A stretch of 64,000 nt of DNA from Vicinamibacterales bacterium (GTDB lineage Bacteria; Acidobacteriota; Vicinamibacteria; Vicinamibacterales; UBA8438), in the NCBI GenBank assembly GCA_965262985.1, contig OZ253576.1, positions 3,209,213 through 3,273,212 of the forward strand, in the 5' to 3' direction. Every line of letters begins with the position of its first letter. Positions within the stretch are counted from its first letter, which is position 1. Positions 1 through 9,537 of the stretch are shown piece by piece. Made by a program: the position numbers and the translations under genes. The notes under the pieces are model-generated. The model searched no databases, was not told the origin of the DNA, and saw only the letters and a list, made by a program, of their open reading frames with translations.

Positions 1-84
1 GGGGGCGGCCGCCGACTGCGCCAGCGCCGCCATGGGGGCGGACAGCAGGGCCAGGACGATCAGCAATCGAAACGGTGTCGTCAT
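1..84 (-). CDS. 5' end of an exported protein (partial, runs off window)
   Basis: ATG at 84-82 followed by MTTPFRLLIVLALLSAPMAALAQSAAAP, a classic signal peptide. Absent from the ORF track because no stop lies in the window. Confidence 0.4.
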   Translation of the reverse strand, partial: MTTPFRLLIVLALLSAPMAALAQSAAAP

Positions 85-214
85 GGGGTCATCTCGAACT
101 GGAAACAGGATATACCCTCATCCACTCGTCCGGCGCGCCCATGATCTCTTCGAACACGCCGGTGGCCCACGCGGAAGGCGGGGTGACCGGGCCGCCCAGA
201 TTCCGGAGGTTTGC

Positions 215-242
215 GTAGGGGCGCCCCTTGTGGGCGCCCGCC
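215..242. repeat. REP-like GC hairpin (GTAGGGGCGCCCCTTGTGGGCGCCCGCC)
   Basis: Self-complementary GGGCGCCC arms around TTGT. Same hairpin family as 34876-34900 and the 36851-37115 array. Confidence 0.6.
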
Positions 243-293
243 TCCCTGCTGTCAATTATCTACACATTGACAGTATGTGTGTATGATGTCCTG

Positions 294-582
294 GTGATTC
301 GCAGTTGGAGCGACCAGGGCACCAAGGACGTCTGGGACGCCATCAACAGCAAGGCCGCGCCAGATTCAGCGTGCGATCTGGCCGGTCGTCCGGCGCAAGC
401 TCGCGGCCGTCCGCAATGCTCGCGACCTGTCTGACCTGCGCATCCCGGCCGGGAACCGACTGGAAGCCCTGAAGGGTGACCGCGCCGGCCGCTACAGCAT
501 CCGCGTGAACGACCAGCATCGGATCACTTTCGAGTTCACGGACGGCCACGCCTACATGGTGCGCTGCGAGGACTATCACTGA
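294..582 (+). pseudogene. higB: HigB/RelE-fold toxin with 1-nt frameshift
   Basis: GTG 294 gives VIRSWSDQGTKDVWDAINSKAA. From 361 in another frame: QIQRAIWPVVRRKLAAVRNARDLSDLRIPAGNRLEALKGDRAGRYSIRVNDQHRITFEFTDGHAYMVRCEDYH*, stop 580-582. The two halves are in different frames (294 mod 3 = 0, 580 mod 3 = 1). The shift lies near 358-360. Confidence 0.65.
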
Positions 583-593
583 GGGAGTCGATC

Positions 594-695
594 ATGCCGA
601 AGCGAACGCGACGACCGGGCGAGATCCCGGACACCGGTTATTGTCGTGCAAACAAGGCCCAAAGCGCCCTAAATCGTTTAGAACCTATGGGTTGA
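594..695 (+). pseudogene. HigA-like antitoxin remnant (only first ~12 codons recognisable)
   Basis: ATG 11 nt after the higB stop. MPKRTRRPGEI resembles the HigA N-terminus (..RPIHPGEIL..); the sequence is unrelated after ~630. Confidence 0.3.
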
Positions 696-1081
696 GGAAA
701 ATAGACCGCTGAAACTTCCGACTCAAGCACACCAGCAAGTATGGCGCTTCGTTATCCGTGTGTCCGCTGGCTGAGTACGTGGTTGACAAGTCCCGTGAAC
801 TCGGCGACACGCAGGACGTCGCTCGTGGAGTGCTACCGCTGAAGGGGAAGGAGGCAACCCGGTAGCGGTCGGGGCCCAGGACTATGACAGCTCCCGTTTC
901 AATCTCCTCTGCATGCCGGTGCAGCACCTTGACCAGCGTTGTCGCTGTGTCGGCCGGCAGTAGGCGGTGCGTACGGAGCAGCAACACGCTCGGTGAACGG
1001 CCACCGGCGAGCGCGAGAATCCGGCTGAAGTCGAGATCGTGTGTCAACAGGAGGAACCCGTGAAGGCGTGCCCACTGGAAG
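685..1081 (-). pseudogene. DUF5615-type (PIN-like) toxin, 5'-truncated
   Basis: ..FQWARLHGFLLLTHDLDFSRILALAGGRSPSVLLLRTHRLLP..GAVIVLGPDRYRV matches the C-terminal two thirds of the family. The reading frame stays open up to the IS91-type terminus at 1082, and no N-terminus or start is present. Confidence 0.45.
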
Positions 1082-1155
1082 GACGATAGACGATATTAGA
1101 GCACCCCGATCACCAAGACTCCTCATCCCGCGACAGGCGGATTGACCACACCGTT
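1082..1155 (-). mobile_element. IS91-family terminus, copy A (74-bp solo end)
   Basis: GACGATAGACGATATTAGAGCACCCCGATCACCAAGACTCCTCATCCCGCGACAGGCGGATTGACCACACCGT is near-identical to 6032-, 17994- and 31957-. Confidence 0.75.
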
Positions 1156-1303
1156 GCCTCCTGAGCGGCTGCTGGGGGCGTATGCGGCGCTTCTGGGCCC
1201 CCGCGCGCCATGATCGGCCCGATTCGTCGTGGGATGGTCCGGCGACACGCCAATACGGACACGCGAACCTCGATTGACAATCAGCCCCTTCTGCCACAGG
1301 CTG
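1156..1303 (+). mobile_element. orphan right-end fragment of the IS5/IS1182-like element
   Basis: ~148 bp near-identical to 17039-17186 of the full copy. It ends ..CCACAGGCTG followed by CTAG. Confidence 0.75.
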
Positions 1304-1429
1304 CTAGCAGATGGCCGGGGGGTTGGCGAGGGTTGCTCCGGGGACGACGTCGCGGAAGGAGATGTCGGAGGTCGTGGGTCATCGGTCCACGGGAGTTGCC
1401 GGTGAACCGTTCTATTCGGACGCTGAGGC

Positions 1430-2221
1430 ATGACGAACAGCACACCCTCACCAGGCGCTGGCGACGCGACGGTCGCGGAAGAGAAGAAGTACGACGAGTC
1501 GAAGCCCTTGGCGCGGCTTCTGCTGATCTCCGGGTTCTTCTTTGTCGGCCGGGACACCGGCCTGCTCGGCATCGAGGCGCTCCGCACCTCGACTGTCGCG
1601 ATGCTCTATGCGGCCGCCCTGTCCACGGCACTGCTGGCAACGTTGATGTCCCTGTCGCGGGAATCCAGAAAGGCACCGACCCCGTCGGAGCCCACTCCCG
1701 TTTACGACCCCTTCCGGGACCAGCCCAGGCTGTTCACCGACCCCTGGTACCAGGTTCCCGCCCTCTTCTGCATATCCGTCCTCTGCTGCCAGTTCGCCCT
1801 CGATCTGATCGCCGAACCGCCCGCAACGGTTCGGGCCGCGTGGTTCCTGGTTTCCCTGGGGGCCACTACGGTCGCCGCGGGGCTCGGTCTGCTCCGCCGT
1901 TCGGACACCAAGAAAAACGTCGTGGGGAACGGCCCGGAGAAGCCGCGCGAATTGAAATCGCATTTCGAGACCACTCTTAATGATCCCTGGTTCACGATTA
2001 TCGCAATGACCCTCTGCATCCTGCCCTTCGCCAGAAGCGGCCTGGAACGCATCGAGGAAGAGCCTGAGTCCGTGATGGCCACCATGTACATCCTCATGCC
2101 TTTGGTCATGTTGACGATCGGGAACGTCACCACCGCCGTGTCCCGTTTCCGCCGCAAGAGGAAGGAGATGGCGACAGCCACCGATGCTGGGTCGGTGGGC
2201 GTCACCGGTGACGGCGGCTAG
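1430..2221 (+). CDS. hypothetical polytopic membrane protein
   Basis: 263-aa ORF with ~6 hydrophobic helices (e.g. LLLISGFFFVG, VAMLYAAALSTALLATLMSL, YILMPLVMLTIG). No recognisable family. Confidence 0.55.
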   Translation: MTNSTPSPGAGDATVAEEKKYDESKPLARLLLISGFFFVGRDTGLLGIEALRTSTVAMLYAAALSTALLATLMSLSRESRKAPTPSEPTPVYDPFRDQPRLFTDPWYQVPALFCISVLCCQFALDLIAEPPATVRAAWFLVSLGATTVAAGLGLLRRSDTKKNVVGNGPEKPRELKSHFETTLNDPWFTIIAMTLCILPFARSGLERIEEEPESVMATMYILMPLVMLTIGNVTTAVSRFRRKRKEMATATDAGSVGVTGDGG

Positions 2222-2385
2222 CGGTGCAGGGGCGAAACGGAACCAAAGCCTCGCCGCTTCGCGGCTCGGCCCGGATGCGGGCCGGAAGGCCCGCGCACCC
2301 AGAGATACGCCGTGGCATCGACGCAGCTCTGTGCAGCAATCGTCACTCCATCACTGCGGGCCGCGGAGGCCGGCACCCAGTCTTT

Positions 2386-2811
2386 CTACTCCTCACCGGC
2401 ATCGACCCCGCCGCGGCGTTGCTTCGTCTCGCCGCGACGCCGTTTGTCCGCGAGTCTCTTCGCCTTGGCGCGGGCTGAGGGCCGGGTGGGCCGGCGCGGT
2501 CGCGGCTCGGTGCGGGCTTCTTCGATCATCGCCGCGAGCCGCGAGAGCGCCTCGGCTCGGTTGCGCGCCTGGGTGCGGTGGGTGTCGGCGGACACGACGA
2601 TCTCGCCGGCGACGGTGAGGCGCTTGCCGGCCACGCCCTCCAGGCGAAGGCGTAGCGGGCCTTCGATGCCGGCCGCGTCGAGGTCGAGGCGGCACTGCGC
2701 GGCCGTCGCGACCTTGTTCACGTTCTGACCGCCCGGGCCGGAGGCGCGGACGAACTTGAAGGTCAGCGCTGCTTCGGGGATCGCGAGGCCGCCGATGTCG
2801 ACCGTGGCCAT
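2386..2811 (-). CDS. arfB: alternative ribosome-rescue factor ArfB (peptidyl-tRNA hydrolase, GGQ)
   Basis: [34 protein letters not shown].. with a basic C-terminal tail. The internal ATG at 2811 gives the family-typical ~141 aa. Confidence 0.85.
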   Translation of the reverse strand: MATVDIGGLAIPEAALTFKFVRASGPGGQNVNKVATAAQCRLDLDAAGIEGPLRLRLEGVAGKRLTVAGEIVVSADTHRTQARNRAEALSRLAAMIEEARTEPRPRRPTRPSARAKAKRLADKRRRGETKQRRGGVDAGEE

Positions 2812-2869
2812 GGGCGTATGGTGGCAGATGTGCGACGCCAGGAGCTTGCGTGGCAGAAACTGGGGGCGC

Positions 2870-3046
2870 CGGACGATCAGGGCGGTCACCCCGAGCACGA
2901 CGGCGGCCAGGGCAAGCAGGCCGAGGACGGAGACCGCCACCGGCGGCGGGAATGATCGGGTTGCGGAACACCATGCCGATCAGCGTGAACAAGGAGCCGT
3001 AACCGATGCAGGCGAGCAGGGTGACGCCGAGGTAGGCGAAGAGATG
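2870..3046 (-). pseudogene. C-terminal remnant of an ABC-2-type permease-like membrane protein
   Basis: [34 protein letters not shown], then after a frame change [23 protein letters not shown]. No start is present, and the remnant abuts the IS1380 fragment. Confidence 0.25.
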
Positions 3047-3049
3047 ACC

Positions 3050-3181
3050 GCCGCCCCCTACGTGCTGCTGCAAGCACGCCGGCTGCGCGCGGCGCGCACC
3101 GCCTGTGCCCGCGCCCAGGTGACGTGGCTGCGCGCCAGGCTGCTCACCCTGGGCGTGCACTTCGTTGGCTCGGTCCGCCGC
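3050..3181 (+). pseudogene. IS1380-family transposase C-terminal fragment
   Basis: [44 protein letters not shown] matches [44 protein letters not shown] of the full copy (23435-24856). Confidence 0.75.
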
Positions 3182-3265
3182 GCCGGCGCTCGACGGCGGC
3201 GGCCGATGCAACGATACAGCCATGTTTGCCATTTCATTGACGCCGTCATCCTCATGCTGCGCTCG

Positions 3266-5905
3266 CTACTCGAGACGAAGGACCTCCATCGGATCAACCC
3301 GGGTCGCGCGCCGGGCCGGGATCCAGCAGGCGACGAGCGCCACGGCGACGAGCACGAGCGGTGCTGCCACGAAGGTCAAGCGATCGTCCGTGGTCACACC
3401 ATACAGGGAGCTCTCCAGCACGCGGCTTGACGCCGCCGCCGCCCCGAGGCCGACGACGGCGCCCGCGGCCACGAGCATCGCCCCCTGCCTCACCACCAGC
3501 GCGAGGATGTCGCCTCGCCGGGCGCCGAGCGCCATCCGCACGCCGATCTCCCGGCGCCGCTGGTCGACGGTGTAGCTCAGGAGTCCGTAGACGCCGAACG
3601 CCGCCAGGAACAGGGCGAGCGCCGCGAAGGAGCCCGCAAAGCCGGCATAGAACCGGGGCTGGGCAATCGCGGCCGACAGCCGCGCGTCCATCGTCATCAC
3701 CTCCTCGATGGTGGCGCGCGGGTGCGCGGCGGCAACGGCCTCACGGAGAAACGGAACGATTGCGACCGGATCGCCGGTGGTTCGGACGGCGATGAACGGA
3801 GCGAACCCGAAGAGCGGGGCGTTCTCCGACTGGTGCGCCGAGAAGAACACCTCGGGCCGCGACCCGCTGACGGTAAGGCCCTCGGAACGAATGTCCGACA
3901 CGACCCCGACCACCTGCCACGGCGCAATCTGCCGCCCCGGCGCATCGACCGAGACGTCCAACGGGTAAGTGCCCAGCCATACTTCCTGGCCTACTGCCGG
4001 CTCACCATCGAAGACCTCGCGCGCAAACGTCTCGTTGACAACGACGACCCGCGGGCCGCCCGGGCCGTCGAGCCAGTTGAAGAAGCGTCCTCGCCGGAGG
4101 CGCAGCCGCATGACGTCGAAGTAGCCCGGGCTGGCCATGCCAATCCACGCCCGAGGCGTCTCGCTCGGATCGATCGACGGCGGGCGACCCTCAACGTACA
4201 TCGGCAGGAATGCCGCCCCGGCAGTCTCCAGCGGGATGCCGGACGAAAGACCGACCGCCACGACGCCCGGGAGAAGCGCCACCCGGTCCAGCGCCTCGAG
4301 GAGCGCCTCATAGAAGCGCAAGCTCTCCGAACGATGCTTCTCCATCCTCTCAAGCGTCATCTGGCCCCGCCCTATTTGCATGTCAGGATTCCGGGTCCGG
4401 GCGGCAATCACGTTGGCCGAGTCATAGCCCCGATCAAAGGTAAGGAGCCCCACGAAGCTGCGAAGAAGCAACCCGGCCCCTACTAGCAGCACCAGGGACA
4501 TCGCCACCTGCGCCGTCACCAGCATCGCCCGCGTCCTGCCTGTGCGGAGCAGCCGGAAGCCGCCCGTCGACAGTGCATTCCCTTCGTTCAGGATGCGCAC
4601 CAGATCGAACCGGGACCAATGGAACGCCGGCACGGCGCCGAACGACAGCCCGACGGCGACCGACAGCCCGAGCGTCAACGTGAGCACGACACCATCGACG
4701 CCCACTTCGTCGAGACGCGCGACGTCGCCCGGTACCAGCGCGGGCACGGTCCGGAGCACCGCGGCCGCCGCGGCCAGCCCGAGCGCGCCCCCGCACAGGC
4801 TCAGTACCACGCTCTCGGTCAGAAGCTGCCGCATGATGCGAGACCGACCCGCGCCCAGTGCCGCGCAGACCGCCAGCGCCCGCTGTCGCGTCACCCCGCG
4901 CGCCAGAAGCAGCCCTGCGACATTCGTGCAGGCGAGCAACAGCACGACCAGGGTCGCCGCGGTCAGCGCCAGCAGCGCCGGCCGGTATCCATCGACCATC
5001 TCCTCCCGCAACGGAATCACCCGGGCGTCCCCCGAGGAAGGACCAGTGAAGCTTTCGAGCACACCCCGTGCGAAGTCATCGTCGCCGCGTTGCAGAATGG
5101 TGCGGATCTCCGTGGCGGCCTGTTCCGGCGAAACGCCGGGGCGAAGCCGTCCAAGCACGGTGAAGGAGGTCACAGTGGTTCTGACGGGCGGGCGGGCTTC
5201 GGGGCGCGCCCGACCAGATTGCGCCTGGTCCCCCGGACCGGGTTGCGCGAAGAGCGGAATCACGAAGGGCGTCCAGAACTCAGCCTCCCGGCTCGGAAAG
5301 AAGAACCCCTCGGCGAGCACGCCGACCACGGTGCGTATTTCGTCGCCGAACTCCAGAACGGTGCCGACGATGTCCGGGTCCGATCCGAAGTGCCGCCTCC
5401 AGGCGCCGTGACTCAGCAGGATGACGCGATCCGCCCCCGACAGGGCTTCTTCCTCGGTGAAGTGCCGGCCGAGATGCGGTACCGCGCGCAACAGCGGGAA
5501 CAGAGACGGCGAGACGGTGGCGCCGTTCAGCGTCATCGCGCCGGCCGGACTCAGCCAGTCGAGTGAGCGTTCCTCATAGGCCGCGAGGTGCTCGAATGAG
5601 CTTGCCTCTTCCCGGATTCGCGGCAGCATGGTGTTGGTCAGAAACAGGGATGAACCCGACTGTCCCTCACGCACTTCACCGACATGCACAATCGCGTCGG
5701 GGTCGGGGTACGGCAGCGGCCGGAGAAGCACGCCGTAAACAATGCCGAACGTCGCCGTCGTCACGCCGATGCCGACGGCGAGAACGACTACCACTGTGGC
5801 GGTGAAGCCGGGATTCCGCCGCAGGCCGCGGACGGCGTGGCGCACGTCCCGGCCCAAATCGTCGAGCCAGCGCCAGATGTCGCGGGTGCGATCGCGGATC
5901 AGCAC
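3266..5905 (-). CDS. ADOP-family duplicated FtsX/MacB-type ABC permease
   Basis: 879 aa. N-terminus ..DVRHAVRGLRRNPGFTATVVVVLAVGIG. Two FtsX-like four-helix modules with large periplasmic domains. No adjacent ATPase gene. Confidence 0.85.
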   Translation of the reverse strand: MLIRDRTRDIWRWLDDLGRDVRHAVRGLRRNPGFTATVVVVLAVGIGVTTATFGIVYGVLLRPLPYPDPDAIVHVGEVREGQSGSSLFLTNTMLPRIREEASSFEHLAAYEERSLDWLSPAGAMTLNGATVSPSLFPLLRAVPHLGRHFTEEEALSGADRVILLSHGAWRRHFGSDPDIVGTVLEFGDEIRTVVGVLAEGFFFPSREAEFWTPFVIPLFAQPGPGDQAQSGRARPEARPPVRTTVTSFTVLGRLRPGVSPEQAATEIRTILQRGDDDFARGVLESFTGPSSGDARVIPLREEMVDGYRPALLALTAATLVVLLLACTNVAGLLLARGVTRQRALAVCAALGAGRSRIMRQLLTESVVLSLCGGALGLAAAAAVLRTVPALVPGDVARLDEVGVDGVVLTLTLGLSVAVGLSFGAVPAFHWSRFDLVRILNEGNALSTGGFRLLRTGRTRAMLVTAQVAMSLVLLVGAGLLLRSFVGLLTFDRGYDSANVIAARTRNPDMQIGRGQMTLERMEKHRSESLRFYEALLEALDRVALLPGVVAVGLSSGIPLETAGAAFLPMYVEGRPPSIDPSETPRAWIGMASPGYFDVMRLRLRRGRFFNWLDGPGGPRVVVVNETFAREVFDGEPAVGQEVWLGTYPLDVSVDAPGRQIAPWQVVGVVSDIRSEGLTVSGSRPEVFFSAHQSENAPLFGFAPFIAVRTTGDPVAIVPFLREAVAAAHPRATIEEVMTMDARLSAAIAQPRFYAGFAGSFAALALFLAAFGVYGLLSYTVDQRRREIGVRMALGARRGDILALVVRQGAMLVAAGAVVGLGAAAASSRVLESSLYGVTTDDRLTFVAAPLVLVAVALVACWIPARRATRVDPMEVLRLE

Positions 5906-6031
5906 GTCCAGCGGCCCTGCAGCAGTCCGAACTGGTCTTCGTCCAACGGTGGTCGTGCCATGTGTGCCGCCTTCACGTGGCTCTTCAGTTCGTCCCTGGG
6001 ACTACGGCGCTCGCCGGGTTCACCGCCGACG

Positions 6032-6090
6032 GACGATAGACGGTATTAGAACACCCCGATCACCAAGACTCCTCATCCCGCGAGCAGGCG
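6032..6090 (-). mobile_element. IS91-family terminus, copy B (~59-bp solo end)
   Basis: GACGATAGACGGTATTAGAACACCCCGATCACCAAGACTCCTCATCCCGCGAGCAGGCG. Confidence 0.7.
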
Positions 6091-6252
6091 ACGCCCCTCG
6101 ACGAGCTGGATCTGGTCGGTCTCCTGCTCGACGGTGTCCACATCGGCGAGCACTGTGTGGTCGTCGCGTTGGGGGTCGGCGTCGACGGCACGAAGCACGC
6201 TCTCGGGCTCTGGGAAGGTTCGACGGAGAACGCGACCGTCTGTCAGAGCCTG
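6091..6252 (+). pseudogene. IS256/Mutator-family transposase internal fragment
   Basis: TPLDELDLVGLLLDGVHIGEHCVVVALGVGVDGTKHALGLWEGSTENATVCQSL. The conserved (DG.KH.LG.WEG..EN) block is present; there is no start or end. Confidence 0.6.
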
Positions 6253-6355
6253 CCCCCCACCTCCTTCGACATCGGATTGTCCCCTAATCCGTGTCCAAGA
6301 AAACTGGGGGCGCCTCAACGGCTGCCTTCACTGACTGGTCTCAAATACTGGTCAC

Positions 6356-6595
6356 ATGGATACCATCAACGCCTCCGACTTCAAGGCCCGATGCCTGGCT
6401 ATCCTCGATCGCGTGCAGGCGACCGGCGAGCGGCTGGTCATCCTGAAGCGCGGTCAGCCTGTGGCAGAGCTGTGGCCCGCCAGCCGATCCCATGCCGAGT
6501 ATCCGCAGTTGGAACTCAAGGGTACCGTCATCGTCACCGGCGACATCGTTGAGCCGGCGGTTCCCGAAGAACACTGGGAAAGCCTCGGGCCATGA
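6356..6595 (+). CDS. Phd/YefM-family antitoxin
   Basis: MDTINASDFKARCLAILDRVQATGERLVILKRGQPVAELWP..; 79 aa. Confidence 0.75.
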   Translation: MDTINASDFKARCLAILDRVQATGERLVILKRGQPVAELWPASRSHAEYPQLELKGTVIVTGDIVEPAVPEEHWESLGP

Positions 6596-6741
6596 CGGCG
6601 CTATTCGACACGCTCCCCGACTCCTATCACCGCGATCCGGCAGACCGAATTCTCGTGGCGACCGCTCTCGTGTTCGGCGCGACGCTGTTGACCCAGGATC
6701 GCAAGATCGTCGATGCAGCGCTGGTCGACACGTTGCACTGA
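6592..6741 (+). pseudogene. PIN (VapC-like) toxin stub, C-terminal third only
   Basis: ATGA overlap with the antitoxin stop. Only 49 aa: ..SYHRDPADRILVATALVFGATLLTQDRKI matches the last PIN acidic-residue block, and the ~80 N-terminal residues are missing. Confidence 0.55.
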
Positions 6742-6990
6742 TCCGAGGCGGAGAGCACGAGGGACTGGCGGGGCGGATGGGGTCTGACGGCGACGCTGAC
6801 GCCGCGGTGGGGCGCGGCGACGATCCGCACAGCTACCGGCTCAAGGTCGCCACACGCAACCAGACGTCCCGCGTGCCACAGGAGGTGCCACGGCAATGGC
6901 GCTCGTCGCGACGCGGCCTCCCGTCGCTCCGCTCCGTCCGGCCCCGTCGCGGGTCGCGCTCAGCGCTGGCCGGCGTGGTAGAGTCGGGGC

Positions 6991-7485
6991 ATGCGCAGAT
7001 GGATCGTCCTCGGGGTGGCGCTGCTGGCGCTGGGCGGTGCGCCCGCTGGCGCGCAAACGAGTGAAACGGAACGAGCCGCCCGATTCGAACGGCGTGTCCT
7101 CTTCAACGGCTGCGGCCCGATGGCGGTCACCATCAGAGCGCCGGAACATCCGCGCCTTCCGGCGCCGGCCCAGGACGCCGCCGAGAGCCGGTTGCGCGCG
7201 GCCCGCGTCTAGGCCGACGCACTGACCGGTCAGCAGCCATCGGCGCTTGTCGTCGCGATCGAGCTCGTCCCGGAGTACGGCGTTGGCCGGTACCAGGTGA
7301 GTGTCAAGTACGAAAACCCCGTCATCGACCCAGTCACTGGGCTCACCCGCACCGGCTGGGGCCGAGCGCGCTTTGGCGTTGAGGATGGCGTCAACGACGA
7401 CCCCGAGATCCTCAACACCGTCTCGGAACTGCATGATCAGTTCCTGGCGGCGTATCTGCGCGTGAACGCCGAAGCCTGCGCGTAG
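6991..7485 (+). pseudogene. exported hypothetical protein interrupted by an in-frame TAG
   Basis: ORFs 6991-7212 (signal peptide MRRWIVLGVALLALGGAPAGAQ) and 7297-7485 are in the same frame. The only stop between them is TAG 7210-7212. Confidence 0.35.
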
Positions 7486-7827
7486 CCCCGCAGTGACTGT
7501 AATTCAACGAGTTTGTCGGTGTCTTCGGGAATTCCCGGGAACAGGAAAACAGGGGGATTGGCTCCTCAGGCTGGACTCAAACACCGGACTTAAGTGTATC
7601 TATATCAGTACTTTAAAGACATGCCTTCTGCATGTATCCCACGCCCATACCCACACGGACCGAGCGTTGCAGCGATCAGCTCGACTCAAATATCCGATAC
7701 ACAACGACTGGAACGTCGTCTTCTCGATCAGGATTCGCTGGGACATTGCTGTCCGCTCCCGCTCACTGCGGTTGGGAAGGCATGCATCAAGAGCGGTAAC
7801 CCGTCCATCCGGGGATAATTCAACGCA

Positions 7828-9129
7828 ATGGATATGCCAGCGACCTCTTCAACGATTGCTACGAATGTCTCGTTTTCGAGTTGGACAGGCGATAGGACAC
7901 CCAAGTCACTTGGGACCATTGCAGGATCGCCGCCGCTCGCCTTCCAGAACTGGCGGCGTATTAAGGAGGCATTTGCACCCGAATTGGTCGCGCGCGCTGT
8001 CGCCGAAACGACAGCTTCACTCGGAAGACCTGTAAGGACATGCATTGATCCCTTCGCCGGATCCGGAACTACTCCGCTGGCTTGCCAATTTCTTGGGGTG
8101 ATACCTACCGCAATTGAAGTAAATCCCTTTCTGTCCGATCTCATTGAAGCAAAGCTGACACCGATTGATGGTCAAGCGGTGGGAGCACGACTTGCGGAGA
8201 TTTTGGCCACGTCGAATGTACTTGATCCCGTGTCGTACTATCGTGGAGCTCCTCCTACTTTCGTGCAACCGGGTGTGAAGGGGAGGTATCTATTTTCACA
8301 TGACTTGGCATCACGAATAGCCAGCTTTCTTGACGCGATTTTGAACATTGAGGACATCCGGCTGCGGCGTTTTTTCCGCGTTCTTCTCGGCAGTGCAGCT
8401 ATTGAAGTTTGTAACGCCACCGTTAGTGGAAAAGGCCGACGATATAGACGCAATTGGGAAGCACGACAGTCGACACCTTCCGATTTGGACAATTTCTTTG
8501 CGAGAAGCGTACGGGCGGCCGTCTATGACTCTCTGAGATTTGCTGGTCGAAAGACGCTATCGTTCAGCCTCGTGAGAGGCGATGCGCTCCGGGCTCTAGG
8601 GACGATAGATGATATGGATTTAGCAGTATTTTCGCCGCCTTACCCTAACTCGTTCGACTATACAGATGTATACAATATTGAGTTGTGGATTTTACGATAT
8701 TTCACATGTTCCGAAGATAATACTCAATTACGGAAGTGCACAATGCATAGCCATGTACAGATCAAGCGGGAAATGGTTACCGGAACACCGCCCCCCATAG
8801 TTCAGGAGTCGATCGAAAGACTGCACATGGCACAAGGACTCTGGAACCCATGGATTCCGAATATGATCGGTGCCTATTTTGCCGACTTGACTTCGACAGT
8901 GAAAGAGCTGAAGCGTATGCTTCCCGACAAGGGGCGGGTGTACGCCGTGTTGGGCGACAGCAGATATTCGGGGGTTCATATTCCGGTGATTAATGGGTTC
9001 GCCGTTATAGCGTCCGAGCTTGGTTTTGATGTTGTATGTATTGAGCCCCTGGCATCGAAGCGAACGTCGCCACAACACGGCGGCCGTAGAGAACTTGGCG
9101 AGTCTTTGCTAACGCTGATGGCTCATTAG
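7828..9129 (+). CDS. DNA amino-methyltransferase (N6-A or N4-C), motif I before motif IV
   Basis: 433 aa. Motif I IDPFAGSGTTPL (~aa 74) and motif IV VFSPPYPNSFDY (~aa 270). ~50% GC. Its stop TAG 9127-9129 overlaps the convergent nuclease stop. Confidence 0.8.
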   Translation: MDMPATSSTIATNVSFSSWTGDRTPKSLGTIAGSPPLAFQNWRRIKEAFAPELVARAVAETTASLGRPVRTCIDPFAGSGTTPLACQFLGVIPTAIEVNPFLSDLIEAKLTPIDGQAVGARLAEILATSNVLDPVSYYRGAPPTFVQPGVKGRYLFSHDLASRIASFLDAILNIEDIRLRRFFRVLLGSAAIEVCNATVSGKGRRYRRNWEARQSTPSDLDNFFARSVRAAVYDSLRFAGRKTLSFSLVRGDALRALGTIDDMDLAVFSPPYPNSFDYTDVYNIELWILRYFTCSEDNTQLRKCTMHSHVQIKREMVTGTPPPIVQESIERLHMAQGLWNPWIPNMIGAYFADLTSTVKELKRMLPDKGRVYAVLGDSRYSGVHIPVINGFAVIASELGFDVVCIEPLASKRTSPQHGGRRELGESLLTLMAH

Positions 9130-9487
9130 GTGCCTGTTGCAACGGTAGAATCGCGCCATGCCCGTGGTGCATTGTAGATCGGCAACCGCACAACCAACAC
9201 TGCCTGAAGGTGCTCGCGGAGTTGCTCCGACAAGATGCCGGTGAGATCGTCCAATGGCGGTATCGCTACATCGAACAGCGCAAGGATGGCGAAGGGAAGG
9301 TCCAGGTCTTGGCGATAATGATATCCTTGGGAAAGCCCTTCCCGCGTGTCCGCCTTGTTCTTTGTTTCGGGTCCGCGAAGCACCTTGAGTTCGAGGACAC
9401 CCATCATGGTAGGGGCGCCAGTGGGACGTCTTTGCAAGAAGAGAAGGTCGCACCGACCGACATCTGTATTCGTTTGGCTCAGCACCT
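9126..9487 (-). pseudogene. 3' part of the split PD-(D/E)xK effector nuclease
   Basis: LSQTNTDVGRCDLLFLQRRPTGAPTMMGVLELKVLRG.. contains D-x19-ELK. It joins in frame to 12587-13264 once the IS21-like element is removed. The first 27 codons of track ORF 9126-9569 are IS-derived. Confidence 0.75.
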
Positions 9488-9537
9488 TGTTGGCGATCTC
9501 CAGGAACTGACGTTTTCTGCACCGCTGTCGACCGGGT

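Noticed and set aside
261-287. TTGACA (267-272), TATGAT (282-287) and a 6-bp palindrome ACACAT/ATGTGT upstream of higB, considered as promoter and operator
   Set aside because: The spacing between the -35-like and -10-like hexamers is only 9 nt, incompatible with a sigma70 promoter. The palindrome is too short to be meaningful on its own.
5899-5961. 20-codon ORF MARPPLDEDQFGLLQGRWTC* overlapping the ADOP start. With a 1-nt shift it reads LLQG.LDVLI, resembling the N-terminus of the PadR regulators that usually precede ADOP permeases
   Set aside because: Only ~10 residues of resemblance, far too short to establish a deleted PadR gene without database comparison. Recorded as a possibility only.
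7500-7825. 10-bp direct repeat TAATTCAACG at 7500-7509 and 7816-7825, considered as att sites or the TSD of a MITE upstream of the MTase
   Set aside because: A 10-mer recurring within a few hundred bp is expected by chance many times in 64 kb. There are no inverted repeats inside the pair.
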